Shown: positions 28,571 to 43,800, counted from the stretch's first letter. The stretch: 64,000 nucleotides of DNA from Fimbriosthenelais zetlandica (GCA_977030845.1 OZ365110.1:45818001-45882000), one strand, 5' to 3'. A program made the numbers and translations. The notes: generated by a model not told the origin, from the sequence alone.

Positions 28571-28907
28571 GCGCAAGGAGTGATGTCCTATTCGCGCCAT
28601 TACTCCATATTGTAAGCATTGGTAGCGTGGGACAGTCAGTGGCTCCGCGGATATTAGCGGCTGTGAAACCTTCAATAACATTCTCAACAAGGACAATATT
28701 TTACGTTTATCAAGAACGGATCTTCATTTCATGATGCTATAAGTTTCGGGGACAAAAGGTGTCTTGTTCGGATGCTAGGAGCCAAGTGAAACACATTGTC
28801 ATCTCCCAGTCAGTGAGTCTTCGTTCCCCCGGCCATACCCCCTCCCGTCCCATTTGTTGACACTGACAGACTAACACATTCCCGCATCCTCGACTCTCTG
28901 CAGAAAG

Positions 28908-31900
28908 ATGATGGCTATCTCTCCACGCCGCCTTGTTCTGGGAGAACTCGGTAAATCGGATCTTACCCACAGAGGTAGGTGCTTGTTATTTTTAAAAGGA
29001 ATCTTCGTTCTGATACAAATATCGCCATTCATGATCGCTTGTTGTTGTGGGACCTTTAAATTTGTTTTCACTGATGGCTGACGCCATTGTTGTCAGTCTC
29101 GCTCTGTGACAGGAGAGCGTGGTGAGTTGATGATTTCACGCTTTCAATTTCATTCAAAGCAAGACTCACCAAGCCTGATCATTGATGTGAGCCAATGCAA
29201 AAGATGTTTTGATTTCTGAATGTGGCGGGGGAATGAAATAACATGTCTGTTTACTTGGGATTTAAGGGTGGCAATCTTTGTGTTTGGGTAGCGAACAGGT
29301 GTCAGTGAGACTGTGAGTGAGGTGTGTATTGGAATGTGACCAGGCCTAGTAGGCCTATAGATGCATACTATCACTGTCTATGACCATGGTCTTGAGCATT
29401 GACTGTCACTTGAGATCTTCATATCAATTTAGGGTCTACCTATTTTGTTTTGTACTCTTTATTTTGCCTATAAATACAACATAAATCAGAAAGTATCTGA
29501 TATTATCTGAAAAGTTTTTTCAAGTTTCTGAGATAAATTTATGTATTTTCCCCATAGACCTGTCACCTAGACCCTTCATTCAAACTATACTGCCTAACAG
29601 TTTCCCTTTAAAAATGGAGAAAAATTTATAAATAAAGTATAAAAAACATGGGTAGATAGAACTTCTTGCCATTCTGTTTTATAATTATAGTCTTAAGTAT
29701 CTAAGGAAATAATTTTACATTTACAGTTATTTTGCAAATGCAATTTTATTTACTTTGTCCAGTTGGTATTTAGGCTAGATAATCTCTGAACCAACACTGT
29801 CGTTGATATAGACCTAAATGACTAGAGATACACATCTCTTTATCTTCATTAAGTACATTGGCAAATCAGTTCCAAAATATAGCCAACTTCTTGTGTGTAT
29901 GATATGTGGGTAGATAGAAGGATTAATTATATCCACAAACTCCATTTCTGAATGTATGCACGTGGTGGGACCCTTTGTGTTTTAGGATGGACATAGTTCC
30001 TAACCGTTATTTGTGAAATGATCAATGCACATTTTGCATGATATTTACCAAAATGTTATACAGTTATGTTGGTCATATTGAATCAAATATATTCTGGATG
30101 AAGCCTTACAATCACCTGCTATTTAAAATTGAAAGGGGCCCCATTTAAAAATAATAAGACGCCATTTCATTAAAATTAAAGGGACCCCCATGGTGCAGTA
30201 AACCCTTTACATGTTTGTCCATTGTTTCAGCCCTTTGAATTTAGATGACTATCTAATGTTTGACCTGATATGTTTTGGTCTGATAATGGCCTAATGAAAA
30301 CCCATTATTGCATTAAAAATAAAAACAATGTAACCACAATGCAATAATGCTTTGTGACAAAAATAATTTTTGGATTTTGGCAAGCCCCTTGATCATTCAC
30401 GAACCAACATTAATGACTATGCAACAAAGAAAACGATATACCTGTTTGATAATATCTATATTGTTTATTTTCTAGTTGTGGATTCCGAATCTAACATGGT
30501 ACTGGTACCCGACTTGTACCTCACACCTTCCCCAGAGGAGCAGATTATTAGACAAAGAAGCGTTCATCAGCTGGGCACACCAGTCTCTCTCAAGATGGAC
30601 AACATTGAAAGTAAGTGATTTTAACTGTATAGAAAGAATAATTCATAGTATATTTGTCTTTAATTTCTCAGGAATTTTATATTTATTTTTTATCCATTTT
30701 AATCTTCAAAATTCCTTTTGTAAAACCTTTTCCATTTGTTGAATCAGAATTTAAGCAATCTCCATTTGTAAAATTGAAGAAATTACTTCAACATTGTAAT
30801 ATTGCAGCACTAAGATCTGAATCATGGGGTTACATAACAATGAATTATGGTTAAATAAATATTAAAATGTTGAATTGGATCAAGTTCATTGCAATGCATG
30901 GTACATTTTGAGGGAAAAAATTGCAAGAAATGCTGAGTTCAATATTATATTATTTTCTTTTTCAGAGAAGCGTCGTTTAAGTTCGCCTAATAGGATATCC
31001 CACACTAGGAAAAGGCTCATCTTGACCCCTCCCTGCGCCTCCTCATCTCCTTTCAAAGATCAAACTGGCGCATCTCGTTCTAAACGATGCCGCTTCCATA
31101 AGAGATCTCAGAGCGTGCCCCTCTCCACCCACCTCAAAGGTTACACCACCGAACAACTCGCCAATGTGATAGACAATATAGTGTTCAGATATCCAGAACT
31201 TGAAGAGGTCAGTCATTCTTTAATTTATATTATTTAAAAAAAAATAATTTGAATTATGCAATGGAATATCAAGAGATACATGATTTAAACTTTGTATTAA
31301 GTTCGCCACGATCTCTCACCGCCTGACTCCTAATTACAATGAAAAAAGTGAAATTTTTTTAATATTATTATGATAATGAATAATTAGCTTATCCTCAGGC
31401 ATTCCATAGAATCTAGAAAAGAAGTTTTCTTAATGCAAGCTACACTTTAAGTCTTAAGACTTTACATTCACAACTGCAAGCTCCACTTTAAGACTTCACA
31501 TAAGTCATTCAGTTGATGAAAACCTCTGATTGGAGATCGTTGGGAGAATGTTAATAAATTAAATAAAAATTTTAATAATAATAATATATTATTGTAGGAG
31601 GTACGCCAGGACCTGTCCCTGCCTGACATCCAGCCATTAGAGGAACGTCTCAACTATCTCCACCACAACATCTTCCGCGCCATGCCCTCCACCAGATGGT
31701 GTTCCACCAGGGACGCTTACGCCTACCACAGGGTCAAAGGTCACATCGACGCTTTTAAGGTATGTCCATAGTATTTTAAAACAAGTATAGAATGTTTTTA
31801 CGATTTTTGTGTGTGAAATTGGGTTCAATTTTGTGCATGTTGTCTGTCCCTTCACTACTTTTATTTTTTTGTTGAAGTTTTATTAAAAATAGAAATATTT

Positions 31901-33042
31901 TTCACAACTCCATAATCATTATAACGCTCGTAATCTTGATTTCTGCGACTTTCGACACCTCGAATATTTCTGAGGTTAAAGTATATTTTTGCCTGGTTTC
32001 TACATCTATAATTTAGACGAAAGTTTTGGAAAACCTCTGAAAAGTTATGAAATGAAAAATCAAGATTATGCAGTTGTTACGACATGGTACACTAATATTC
32101 ATACAGTGAGCAATAAATAAATAATGATTTCTATGTTATAAGAAAATTCATTTTCCCTAATCCCCGGGAAAAAGTTATGCAAAGTTTTCGTTTTGGAATG
32201 TCATGGAAAAGTTATGGATTTTCATATTTCTGTGGTAACCAAGTATATGATCTGATCATCTATATTGTAAATTAAAATAGTTCTGTTTTTTTTCTGTGTT
32301 TATAGAAAGTGGAATTAAAATTGTTATATTTTTGTCTTTACAGAAAGTCTGCACGGAACAGGGCAAGGTTTTGGTGGACGCTGAGTGTTGGGAGGCAGTG
32401 TTTCGGTATTCACTCACTAGCTGGCGCTACGTACACCAGCTCCCAGCCTGGGACGACCCATCTCATAATGACTCCAAAACCTCCTGCTTCAGACACTTGG
32501 CTGCTCAGTGCTTAACAGCGCTCAAAAAATCATCCCTCGAAACAGACTACCTCAAAGGCCTACGCCAAAGGTAGGATTACTTCATTTTCCTTCAAGGCAT
32601 CATGTTTAAACTGATTTCAAAAAAGAATTCCGCCAACATTTAATGCCGGTTAAATTACTTTCATTCATGCTGCTTTAATGCTTCTAAATATTTATACAGT
32701 TAGGTAAAATTTTAAGATTAACTTTGGTGCTTATTTGCCCTTTACTAAGGTTGATGTTTACTCGGGTTTTCTTTTTGTGATTGTAAAAATCGTAGAATTC
32801 AATTAATCTACAAATGCCTAGAATGTACACATGGATATAAATACGTATATTTTGTATTTTCAAATGTACTCATTTTCTTTAAAATATAATATTTAAATAA
32901 ACACATTTTCCTTCTTTTTAGATTGGCCGTGGCCTCCCAGCTGAGCGCTGAAATCCAACCGTGCATCAACTACATTGACAAAATCCTCAAGAGTCAAAGC
33001 CTCACTGAAGAAGAGATGGAATGCCATTCTGGCAGTTCGTGA
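28908..33042 (+). CDS. cut8-like: Cut8/STS1-like nuclear proteasome tethering factor
   Basis: Exons 28908-28974 (least certain; alternative donor at 28950 has the same phase), 30476-30610, 30966-31207, 31598-31759, 32344-32570, 32922-33042 = 954 nt, 317 aa. The segments L..HLKGYTTEQLANVIDNIVFRYPELEEEVRQ and RDAYAYHRVKGHI resemble the Cut8 helical domain (DYAYNRV..HL); basic NLS-like KRRLS and KRCRFHKR. Confidence 0.75.
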
Positions 33043-33472
33043 TCTAAAGAAAAAATGAAACAACTACATTGCCAGGATTGGGTTTACCATTAAAACAAAC
33101 CCCCGTCACCAAAGTTATGCTTACCAAACGAGTATTAGCAGTTTACTCTATCTGGGAGAAAAACTGAAAATTCCCTGAAAATATTGGATCATGGGATTTG
33201 CATAAAGAGACAAGATGTTACAAGAGAAAGGACTTTATGTTGGGAGTTGGTAACCGCGCAAGGTTACAGTCTGTGGTGTTCCATGATGGGAACAGATATA
33301 AAAAAAAACTCCAAAAACTCCACAAAAAAAGGAAGATTTTTTCATTTTCTTGTGGGATAGTGTTATGCCCACACATGTACCTTTCACCACTGTTAGTGTT
33401 CATTCCTATTGTTACTCGATTTATTAGACCATTGATGTACTTCTTACATTCTCAGGTCTTTTGCTGATCGCA

Positions 33473-33588
33473 CAAGGTTGTATCCAGGATTTTTGTAAAG
33501 AAGGGTAGGGGGTCTGACCCCTTGCCCCACTGAAGATTTTTTTTTGATCCATGCAACCACCGCCCACACCCCCATGGATCCGCTCTTG
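33473..33588. mobile_element. Short GGATCC-ended (CAGGGGCGGATCCAG-type) non-autonomous element; related fragments near 12135-12190, 19690-19800, 53271-53330
   Basis: caaggttgtatccagg...ggatccgctcttg imperfect inverted ends with a G/C-run interior; caggggtggatccag at 53271. Confidence 0.45.
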
Positions 33589-35713
33589 CCCCAATCGTTA
33601 GTTTTCACTGTTAGGTATAGTGTAGTTATTACTTGAATTGAAGAGAACAATTTCTTTTCTTGATCAATTTCCTTTCAATTTAGAACTGGAGGGAATCTTT
33701 TCATTTTGAATTGAAAGGAATCTCCATTTCATTTTAAAATGTAGGGTTTCTCCTCTTTATGATCTGATAATACTTTCCATTTTTACATGAAAAAAAAATT
33801 GTGTTCAAGAAGATACTTTCTATTTGTACATGACAATTCTTTTATCAAGAATAAGTGCCTCAAAGTGACCAAATATATGATGCTGATATTTTTTTTTTCC
33901 GCCAGTGGCGAGTGATTTTTTTTTGTACCGTTGTAGAGGATTTTTTGAAATCCTCCACGATCTCGCAGCATAACTTTCAAACAGAGAGAGTATATATATG
34001 TTATTTTTGAGATTCATACCTTATTCCATGGGATATGTAACTTTAGTTATTCAAAGAGAAAACCTTTCTCTGAAAATCTCATTGAACCGATGTGTTCGAC
34101 GAACGGAAATTGTATGGTCGTTGGTTTAATAGACTTGACGTTATTTCTTCATAACCGTTATATTATGGGAATTGAGAAAAAATACATTGGTTGTATTAGT
34201 CTGTTACTTTCTTGACATTTGTTCAAATGTTGACATCGAAACTGTTAACTTTCTCACCATTTTTTCTATGGTGGTATTGATGTATTAACTTTGCACCACG
34301 CAATGTGTTCATGCCGATTTGTGTTCATATTTCAAGATTCCATTAAAAAAACGAGAGTCCCTGTCGAAAATAGCTCTTGTCATGCAAAAGCATTATTGCC
34401 AGTGCACCATCGTTGAGATAAAAAATCCAGTATTCTTTAGTTTACGAAGAGATTATCTTTTGTACTTTTTGATTCTTAAAAATAAAATTGATTGATAACA
34501 AATATATTGCTATCTTGGGTCTTAAGTTGTTAGGCCTATTGTTTCAACCAGGGAAACAACCTTTAGGCCTGTGTCTTGCATGTATTGTATATGGCCATCC
34601 GTAAAATTTAATGACACCACACCTGGGTCGTGGTTGGTAGGTCCAAAGATAAGGAAGAAACCATGACTAAAAGGCGGGGGCGGTGTTCAAAATTGCTAAT
34701 TAAAGTGTGACATCCTTTGTGATAATAATTTAGTTATGGTTAACCCCTATCCTATTGAGTGTTATAATATATGCTTTATCAAATTTATGATTTTTGGTTT
34801 AGATTTTCTGAATTTCTTTGTCTTGGGATATGATATATTATGATGTAGTTTTCTGAAATTTATTTCTTCTGTTTGAGACATTATGGGCCTGTAATTGCCA
34901 TATAGGCCTATAGGGGCATCAAAACCTATACGGGTATTGGGTCTCGGTGACACATATTGACCTCAAAATGTTTAATTCTAAAAGATATTTTTAATTTTAA
35001 TACTTGGAATACTCGCAAAATTTTTAATCTATTCAAGAAATTAAAAAACAAAATTTCATTTCAGTTCCTACTGCACATCCGGGCCGTCAAATTGAATTCA
35101 TCTGTATATGGATGTATTTAAATTCTTCCTGTTATTAACTATAAGTTTAATAATTTATTTTCGACTTGTAATTCTATTCCAAATGAAATCCCAAAAATTA
35201 TATATACAAGAAGAATATATAAACTGCATGAATGTGAATATTTGAATATAAGGATATGATCTAAATTGCATGCATCTGCCTGCCCATACTGAGCTATAGA
35301 TAGATACATTTTGATAAGAATATTACACCATGCTGGCACCACGTGCTTTAAGCTCAACAAGTGGCATGATAAGTGAATGTCACATACACCCACACTCCCT
35401 CCCTCGCTCGCTGCGTCCCTTCAGTAGCAGACCACTCCCTCATTGGCTTGGCCTACCACCACCTTCCCGCTCCCTGCATCACCCAATGCTTTGTGCCAGT
35501 TAGTGAGATAGACAGAGAGAGATAGAGGGAGACGCTGAACACTTCTCCTACTGCACACACGTGCTACCTCACACACATTACCTACTCTCAGGTCAACCAA
35601 CCAACACATCCCCCAACCTCTCTGTCAAATTAACGGGGTTTGGAATAACCTCCCAACCACACACAGCCAAGTCCATACCTGGATTTTTTTTTTTTAAACG
35701 GAAAAACTTCAAA

Positions 35714-36239
35714 ATGAAGAAAAAACAGAAGTATGATGTTGGCAATGCTACAGCACCAGCTGCTGCCTCCAATGGTCCCACGGAAGCTGGGGCTGCCGAG
35801 GCCAACAACCACAAGGATGACAACAACCTCATCAAACTAAAACCGAAACTTAGTCTCGTCAATGGAGTCACTGTCATCGTCGGTTCTATTATCGGTTCTG
35901 GCATTTTTGTCAGCCCTAAAGGCGTTCTCCAGTACACAGGATCGGTTGGCATGTCCTTGCTTGTCTGGCTCCTGTGTGGTCTCTTTTCCCTCGTTGGTTC
36001 ATATTGCTATGCTGAACTGGGAACAGCCATAACTCGGTCGGGAGCAGACTATGCGTACATATTGGAAGCGTTTGGACCTTTCCTCGCCTTCCTCCGCCTC
36101 TGGGTTGAGTCCCTTATCGTTCGCCCCTGCACTACTGCCATCGTTGCCCTTACCTTCTCCTACTACCTGGTCGACCCTCTTTTCCCTGATTGTGAGCAGC
36201 CGGAGATTGCACTCAGACTCTTGGCAGCTGTTTGCATTG
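35714..36239 (+). CDS. L-type amino-acid transporter (SLC7A5/SLC7A8-like) first coding exon, copy A (N-tail plus TM1-TM3)
   Basis: aaaATG..., 175 codons + 1 nt, donor ATTG|GTGAGT. Encodes [55 protein letters not shown] (the Cys that bonds to the heavy chain) and LLAAVCI. Confidence 0.92.
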
Positions 36240-38920
36240 GTGAGTCAATATTGAAGTTTCTTTCTTCTATAGATCTAGGTACTTGACCATTGCCCCAGGC
36301 AAGACGTCAAAGTAAACTTGTTTCCATCTTTCAGCATACAGGATACAGGGGGTCTTGCAGAGTGATGTTTTTAAGCAAGTTACTTTGTAGTAAAATTCCA
36401 TTTTGCCCACATTTAGTTGCATATTATCTGTCTGTACGTTTACAATATTTAGTACAGATGCACTGGGCAGCATTAAAGCGTAAAAAAAGATAAATATTAA
36501 AATTTTTATGAGAAAATGAGTTGTAATAACCCTGCGTAGCTACAAATATTCGATATAATCGTTGCATGTTTTTCTATAATTTCTTATAAATCATAACACA
36601 AGATACATTTTGGAAGTATGTATTATTTATAGATAGGCAGTCTCAGTATTGTTGCTAGGCAACATTATTTAGTGGATGTAATTTAATACATCAGGCATGG
36701 CGTCACAGATTATAATTAGATTTATATCTTATGCTTCTCAATACATCCGACTGATGACAAGTTTCCTAATTCAATGTCACAGTGAGTCTCTATGTAAGGG
36801 CTGTATTTGTCACCCATCTTCCTTTTTCTTTCTTATTTTATATTTTAGTATCTACCCTCCTAAGGTTATAAGAAGCTCATTGGCAAAATGACAGAAGGAA
36901 CGTAAAAATAATATAGGGGGCGGTACCATTAGGCGTTGTATAAAAGAGTACTTAGTAGATATTCTCTTTAAAACAAATCTTAGTCTGGGAGCTTTCCGCT
37001 TCGCCCTACCCCTAAAAAACTTGGTGGGAAAGCTCCCCCACCGCCCAAAAAGGAAAGTACAATGTAATCTACACGGTGCTTTAAAATGTTAGGATAGGTT
37101 CGTTAAGCTTTTCGCTATAGTCCCTTATGGCACGCCCCCCCCCCCCTTTACACCACCCTATAATTAAGTTATCTTTTCATTTCAAAGTTTTTATTTGAGA
37201 AAGGTATTTAGCTAATCCATAACTCATCCATCTTTTCCATTGACCCCCAGTTCAACCATGGATAGCTTAATACGTATATATAATATAATATTTTCATGTA
37301 GCCTACACATAGCCTTGCTCAGACCAGTATACTGATCTCGGCCCTTTGAAATTCCAGTCACGATTTTCCGAATCCTTGATTTCCGTAACATAATATTTTA
37401 TCAATAAGGACTAATCACGCTCGAACAAAGCGAGAACTAATTTTTAGGTAACTTGCAACCCCTCGGAAATGATCACTGGAAATACTTTGATTATGTTTGA
37501 GTTGCCAGATACGCAACCCACAAGTATCAGATTATTTTAAAGGACATAATGTCCTCGGAATTATAATGCCCTCCTACGCAAAAGACCCTTTTCAAACCAA
37601 ATGTTTTGTTTAAACTGCTGTTCTTTATTGACTTTTAAACCCAAATTGTATTTACTTGAGGGTTGGTGCCACCTGGCATTGAGCTGGAACCTGTATTTGG
37701 TCGCACATCATCGTACATGAGCAAGACCACCATGTCTAGCTGAGAGAGGCTATTTACCTATTGTCAAGGTTGTCTGGATCCATAATTTAATCAGGTGATC
37801 CATAATTTAATCAGGTGTTTTGTATCAATATTATTGTTTGGTTTTGCCACCTACCTATTGAAAAATGCGCAGCTACATACATATTTTGGCATGACCTTGT
37901 ATTCACTAAATTATATTCTGAGCCAATCTGACTAGTGCAATCTGCACATTCTGTTACTCAATACAACACTGAAAAAGTATTTCTTGTGGTCTGTTGGAGA
38001 TTGCTCTAGTCCAAATTACATAGCCAGATCTCTACGTAGGTCTTTTCATGGCACAAAGCACCATATAATCCAAAAAGGGCACGGGTTAGGGCCCTAACTT
38101 TCCAAGATGTTTTCATTGGTCAAATAGTAATTCTTTTGGACCACACAGGCTGCACCCACCTTTCCTAAATCCATCCTAAATCCAATATATTTCATTATAT
38201 CCCTTGACATTGTTACTGGCTCCAGATCAACATTAGAGTAGTTAATGTTTGGGATGACCCTGATGACTGCACCTTGCATAATTTAATGGTACAGTGCGTA
38301 TAACCTATTCTAATCTATAGACATACCACTCTTTACAATGGGACATAATTGTACATAAATTAATAATATAATTGTGTGTACATGTATGTATTTCAGCCTG
38401 TTGCAATTACCAGGTGTGTGTGGAAAACAGCATTGCATGACTGGTAATATGCATAGTAATTGAGCAAAACATGCAGTAATTATATCCTAAATTGTATTTA
38501 ATGCACTTTTATCAGATGGTGAGCAATTGCAGTTATGTTGGTGCAGAAAGGAAAATTAACTAATCCAGAAGAGGAACAAATCATACTGTATAATTATACA
38601 ATGTGTTTACCACGGAATTATCGTAAAATTTCAATATCACCTGCTAACAAGTTAGTAGGTGGTATTGATATATTTTTCTATAATTTTTAAATAGAAATTT
38701 ACTTTTCCCATAGATTATTTGCAACAAATGACAATGAACTTATCGAATTTTGTCCCTGATACCGCGCAGCAGCAGTGCATTTCATTATAGATAACATAAT
38801 AAAATGATTATGAAAATTTGACAGGGTACAACTACTCTAGCTATATAGATAGCTGGACATCACAGGCTCCATTCATAACATTTGCACAATGTACAATAAA
38901 CGCACAACCCCTCCAGCCCT

Positions 38921-38995
38921 TAGACGAGCGCTCGTCCCTATGACACTCGATCAGTGACAGAGAATCCAATCCAATCAAAGACTTGCGCAAGTCTA
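38921..38995. mobile_element. Second copy of the palindrome-ended mini element (see 9147-9278)
   Basis: TAGACGAGCGCTCGTCCCTATGAC ... CAAAGACTTGCGCAAGTCTA. Confidence 0.55.
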
Positions 38996-41900
38996 TCCAG
39001 CTCTCTAGACCCATATTTTACTGTCATATCTCCGGAACCTCAGTGTGTTTTTTTGACATCTGATGTTGTCAAGTCATAGAATGTATGTCATACGCAACTC
39101 AATTACTATAGTCATAATGTCATAATGACACTCTGTCAACTTAACCTCAGAGTAATGGTTATAAGGCCAAATTATTTTTTAGTGCACATCACTGTGCATT
39201 TCACTTTTTTTTCGTTCTCTCACAATTTTTGGTTAAATTCAAGTTATTTAGCCTTAGGTTACATCTAGGCCATTCGTTCTGTTCTGGTTTCAAGACATTT
39301 TATTTTTTTATTCCTCGATACAAATAACGAAAATGACTCGTATAAGAGTTGCATTTCTTTACATTTTCAATAATAATTGGGATTGTATAATCAAACCTTT
39401 TTGGCAGTGGTGGTGACGCTAAACACATTCCTTTTTTGTCTAAACCCCGGGATATAATCACACCAGTTTGATAGCCTTCTCTTATTATGAAATCGGCCTC
39501 TGGTCTGCACTAATAACATTGTGACGTGTCCCATATAGGTCATTTATGGCTGGATAATGACTTAATTTACGACAGACAAAACAGCCCTGGATGTTTGTAT
39601 TTCTGATTTAATGCAATTGATCACGTTCAGTAGTGTGGTAATAAAAATAATAGTAGGGGAAATTATATAGTTGACTGTTCGGAAATCTGTGGTTGAAACT
39701 TATTAGTAATGAATAGGAAAAAATGTGAAAAATTTATTATAAATGGATTTTAAAAATGTGAATAAATTAGTATAAATGGATAGAAAAAAAAAGAAACATT
39801 TAGTATAAATGGATAGGAAGAAATGATGAAAGAAGAGACATACAATGTACATATGTATAGTGAGAAAGTGAATATTCAATCAAGCTAAATTGGGCATTGA
39901 CTGTCATGCAGTTGCTTTCAATTCTTAATGTAGAATTCTTTCTTTCATTCAATAAGTGCATTAAATCTTTCTTCGCCGGGAAATGTAATTTCACACTCAA
40001 TTTCTTTAGTATGTTTTATGATTTCATCGCATTTCATTACAACTTCAATGCTTTTGTATTCATAACTGTACTCCCCTGTAACAGTTGCCTGTGGAGTTTA
40101 TTAAATAGTTCTCTCAGATGTGTTATCTGCAATATACTATGACAAACATGAAAGATTAGTGAAAATTATCTAGATGTTTTTTTGTCAGTAGTTTCCTACT
40201 TTTATTCATTATAGCTGTAATTTCAGCAGCTTTCAAATTCCACTTATTAATGCATATATTTCACACTTCCTGCACATGTACATGAATAGTTATAAGACTT
40301 CTTTGTTTCCAGAGATAATACAAACATACATTGTTTTACAAAAAAGGAATTTTTACATTGTAAAAAATAACTTCATTTGGTCATTTTAGGACAGTTGAGA
40401 ATTGAATTTTCTTTGAGAAAACATGTTTTTTAAAATTTTGTTTTATGAAACAACCTCAGCCTCTTGCAGCTCTGAAGTGAACCTTGGCTCACTTTTCAAA
40501 ATGAATTAGTGAACAACACTATACCGTTGATACCTACATAATTAGACAACAGCTTCCTGTGTATCTATCACCTTCCAGTTTCCTACTTAACGTTAATCTT
40601 TATGATATAATTGTTCTACCTCAATTGCCTGCTTTGTTGATAATCTAAAATGGAGTGTCTGTTATAGATAACCCGTCTACACATTGTCATTGAGTTAGGT
40701 ATCCTATCCTGGTTAGAACATTGATGGTACATTAGACCCCTCAGTTGAAAAAGTTGTAAAATTTACTTATAATTATATTTCATAATTTTTTTTATATTAT
40801 TCACTGTGATAACGTCCTCAGCTTACTTTCCCGATCAACTATACACTCCGACTAGATCTGACCTCTACTTTCCAACCACTTTCCGATTATATATTAATTT
40901 TATCTATAGAACAATATATTTCCCCCATATAACTTCATGATATGATCAGTAAGTCTTTTTTTGGTCCATTGCATTGAGAATCTGCATATAAAAACTTGAC
41001 CATATCTTATACGTTCTTTTGTGTATAGGATACTGTACTTGATACATACAATACACACAAAATTGATAAGAAATGTAAAAATAGAAATGCAATACTACTA
41101 TGCTACTCATTATTACCCTTCTAAGGGCCAGAGCAGGGCTACTCATTTACATCACTGATATTCATAATTTGCCTCCGGAAATTCTGATCTAAATGTTATT
41201 TTTTACTTTTTGTGAGTGTCTCTACTTGCTCCAGTGAACTTAAAAAAAAAAAAAAAAAAATTGACCCGCACATCTTAGACATTTATCTCAGTCATAAATT
41301 CGGAAACCGGTTCTGCTTCTATAACTGAACTTCAACCGTTCAGTAGCACTTCAAATTTAAATTCCAATCATTCTTATTTTGTCCACTGATTCGCAAACCC
41401 CTTGCAATGCCTTACGAATCACTTGCAATGTTTTTCTCATGTTTGCAAGCATGTTCCTCCACTTTGAGAATGGAGAGTTTGCGAATGTCACTCAGACGTC
41501 GCAAGCAGTCACATCTAAAATTAAAATCATTTGATTTTTGTATTCACAATAATCGCAAGCCCTCCTCCATTATGATGATATATTGCTTGCGATTAAATGC
41601 CTGCGAAAATATTCTCAGAGCTATCACAAGGCAAAAATTTACAAATATTGGAGTAGCTTAATATTGTAAGCTTGGGAAATTAGCACAAGCCACCAGATGA
41701 TATTTCACTTCAGCCCACTTCAGATTTGGATCTTTATATAGAACTTTCTATTTATAGACATTATTACCATCAATAATATGTGTTTTTGTTTTGTTTTGTT
41801 TTAAAAATATTTCCATTTTTCTGTCCTAACATGGCCCAGTAACCTCAGATTCTCAAAAGGCAGGTGTTACTGATATTTTGGATCTTTTGTGTGTGTTATT

Positions 41901-43449
41901 TATTGCCCTTAAAAAGTTTTGTTGACACAGGATCGTGTTACATCGTGTGATCTGTGCCTTTGAACTCTGACAGTTAATAAACAGTTCTCTAAACAGACCA
42001 GACAAATAAAAATTAGACGTAGAAAGTATACATATATGTTCATATACAGTACTTAGTTCCCCCTTCAATTCCCCCAAGCACTCTCCAAAATAATATGCCA
42101 ATGTCCCTCGAAACGCAGTGCTGCTCTATAAAGGCGAGGGTCATAAAAAGAAACCCCGGGAAAAGAAACATAAGAGTGCAGCCGTCAGTTTCAAATTTAC
42201 ACATAGGAAAGCCCCACAGACCCTGACTCTTGCCATCTTGGAAGGTCCATAACAGACTGAAGCGAGTTTCTCGGGCTAGGCATAATAATGCACCCCAATA
42301 TAATATTATGGTACAATAATGTCATATTTTTAAGTAGAAAAAAAAACAAAAAATGGTTGAGAGTATCATGGTCCATGTGATTATCCCCAGACTGTAAGTG
42401 ATACCGGAACAAGAAATGTTGATGTAATAATTGACAGAAAGTTTTTGTTTTTATTTTGTGAGCCTGTAGGCCTACTCTCATGAAGTCCCATTGAACTCAT
42501 GGGAAGGTCACATGCATCTGCTCTTCCCCACTCACTCACCGGTTGCCTGGGAGTGGGAAGTGATCTAGGTCAGCATTTTTCTAGGTCACTTCTAGGTTTA
42601 TTTATCACATATCGGTGGCAGACAGGTAGGCCAGAGGCTGGGGTCTGGGACTTTAGGCCAAAAAAATCTGTTTCTACGGCTCCCAGTTTCAGTAAACTTA
42701 AATTTTGAATAAATCCATTCACCACTAAAATTCCATCTCGAAAAAAGGTTAAGAATATATAAAACTCAAAATAATGATTTCATATCATATATTTAGGGCC
42801 AATTGGCACAATTTTAAAAAAAATATTCAGTCGAAAGGAATCTTGGCTTACATTACACTGACATTAAATTTGTAGGGAATTTCAGGTTTCGTCTTTTAAT
42901 ATTAGTTTAACATCGAATTAAAACCTAAAGTTTCTTTACCTTTTTAATCACCTGTAATCGAACTTGGTGTACAGCCACACAGTTTTACTAGTCTTAGTTA
43001 TTTTTATTATAGAATAGCTCTATTCTATCTAGTAATATAGGGCCCTAGATATCAAAGAAAATGTTAATGAAAATGCAAGATCTTGTCAAAAGGGACATAT
43101 GACAGAATGATGGAATGACTTGACAACCTTATAGTATGTTATAGCCTCTGGGGAACTAGTTGGTCATTGTCAGACAAAATGCTTCATTATCATGAGAGGT
43201 CTTTAGATTTGCCACTCAGTCATAATGTTTGCCCATCTCCCCTGATGAACTATTGTTCACTAATGTTCCTCTTGGGTAATTAAACAGATTTCCCCCAATT
43301 GAGTTAATTGGCACAATAAAAAAATTATCATCCACCCCTGTCGAATTTCCTCTAGAAAAGAGTAGTTTTTTAAAAATTGTTAATAGTGTGTCAATGAATG
43401 CATTTAATTGTGGTTCCTTCAAAATATTTTGAGTTACAGCTTCCCTGGC

Positions 43450-43800
43450 TCACGAGTCAGAGTACATCAGAGTGTTCAACTGGAATTTGGGACGTCTTGG
43501 GTTCAATTCCCGTAACAGTTATTACCAGTTTATCCAATAGTCCTTCCACCAGTGCTTCTAAATGGTTTAGCGAAAGCCAGTCATGTCTCCCACTGTCTAT
43601 GGTGAGAGGCATATAAAAGGCCCGTCATGTCTACAACTGCCTATGTTGCATGAGTAATATATAAAAGGCCATTCATGCCAGTCTCCCGTGCATTGTCTAT
43701 GGTGATGGACATGTAAAATGTCAGTCATGACTCCCACTCTCTGTGATAGGAGGGTATTTTATAAAAGGCCAAGCCTGTCTCCTATACCAGAGACCGTATA
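43450..43800 (+). mobile_element. Degenerate tRNA-derived SINE with an internally duplicated 3' part
   Basis: B-box-like GGGTTCAATTCCC at about 43499, followed by tccaccagtgc..tggttt..gtctatggtga..catataaaag; the ctccc..gtctatggtga..taaaa segment recurs 2-3 times. Confidence 0.5.

Noticed and set aside
35561-35713. Non-ATG upstream extension of SLC7 exon 1A in the ORF track
   Set aside because: UTR-like composition including a T-run; the ATG at 35714 has a good context.
37787-37820. Exact duplication of about 20 bp (tccataatttaatcaggtg)
   Set aside because: An isolated slippage or repair duplication with no further structure.
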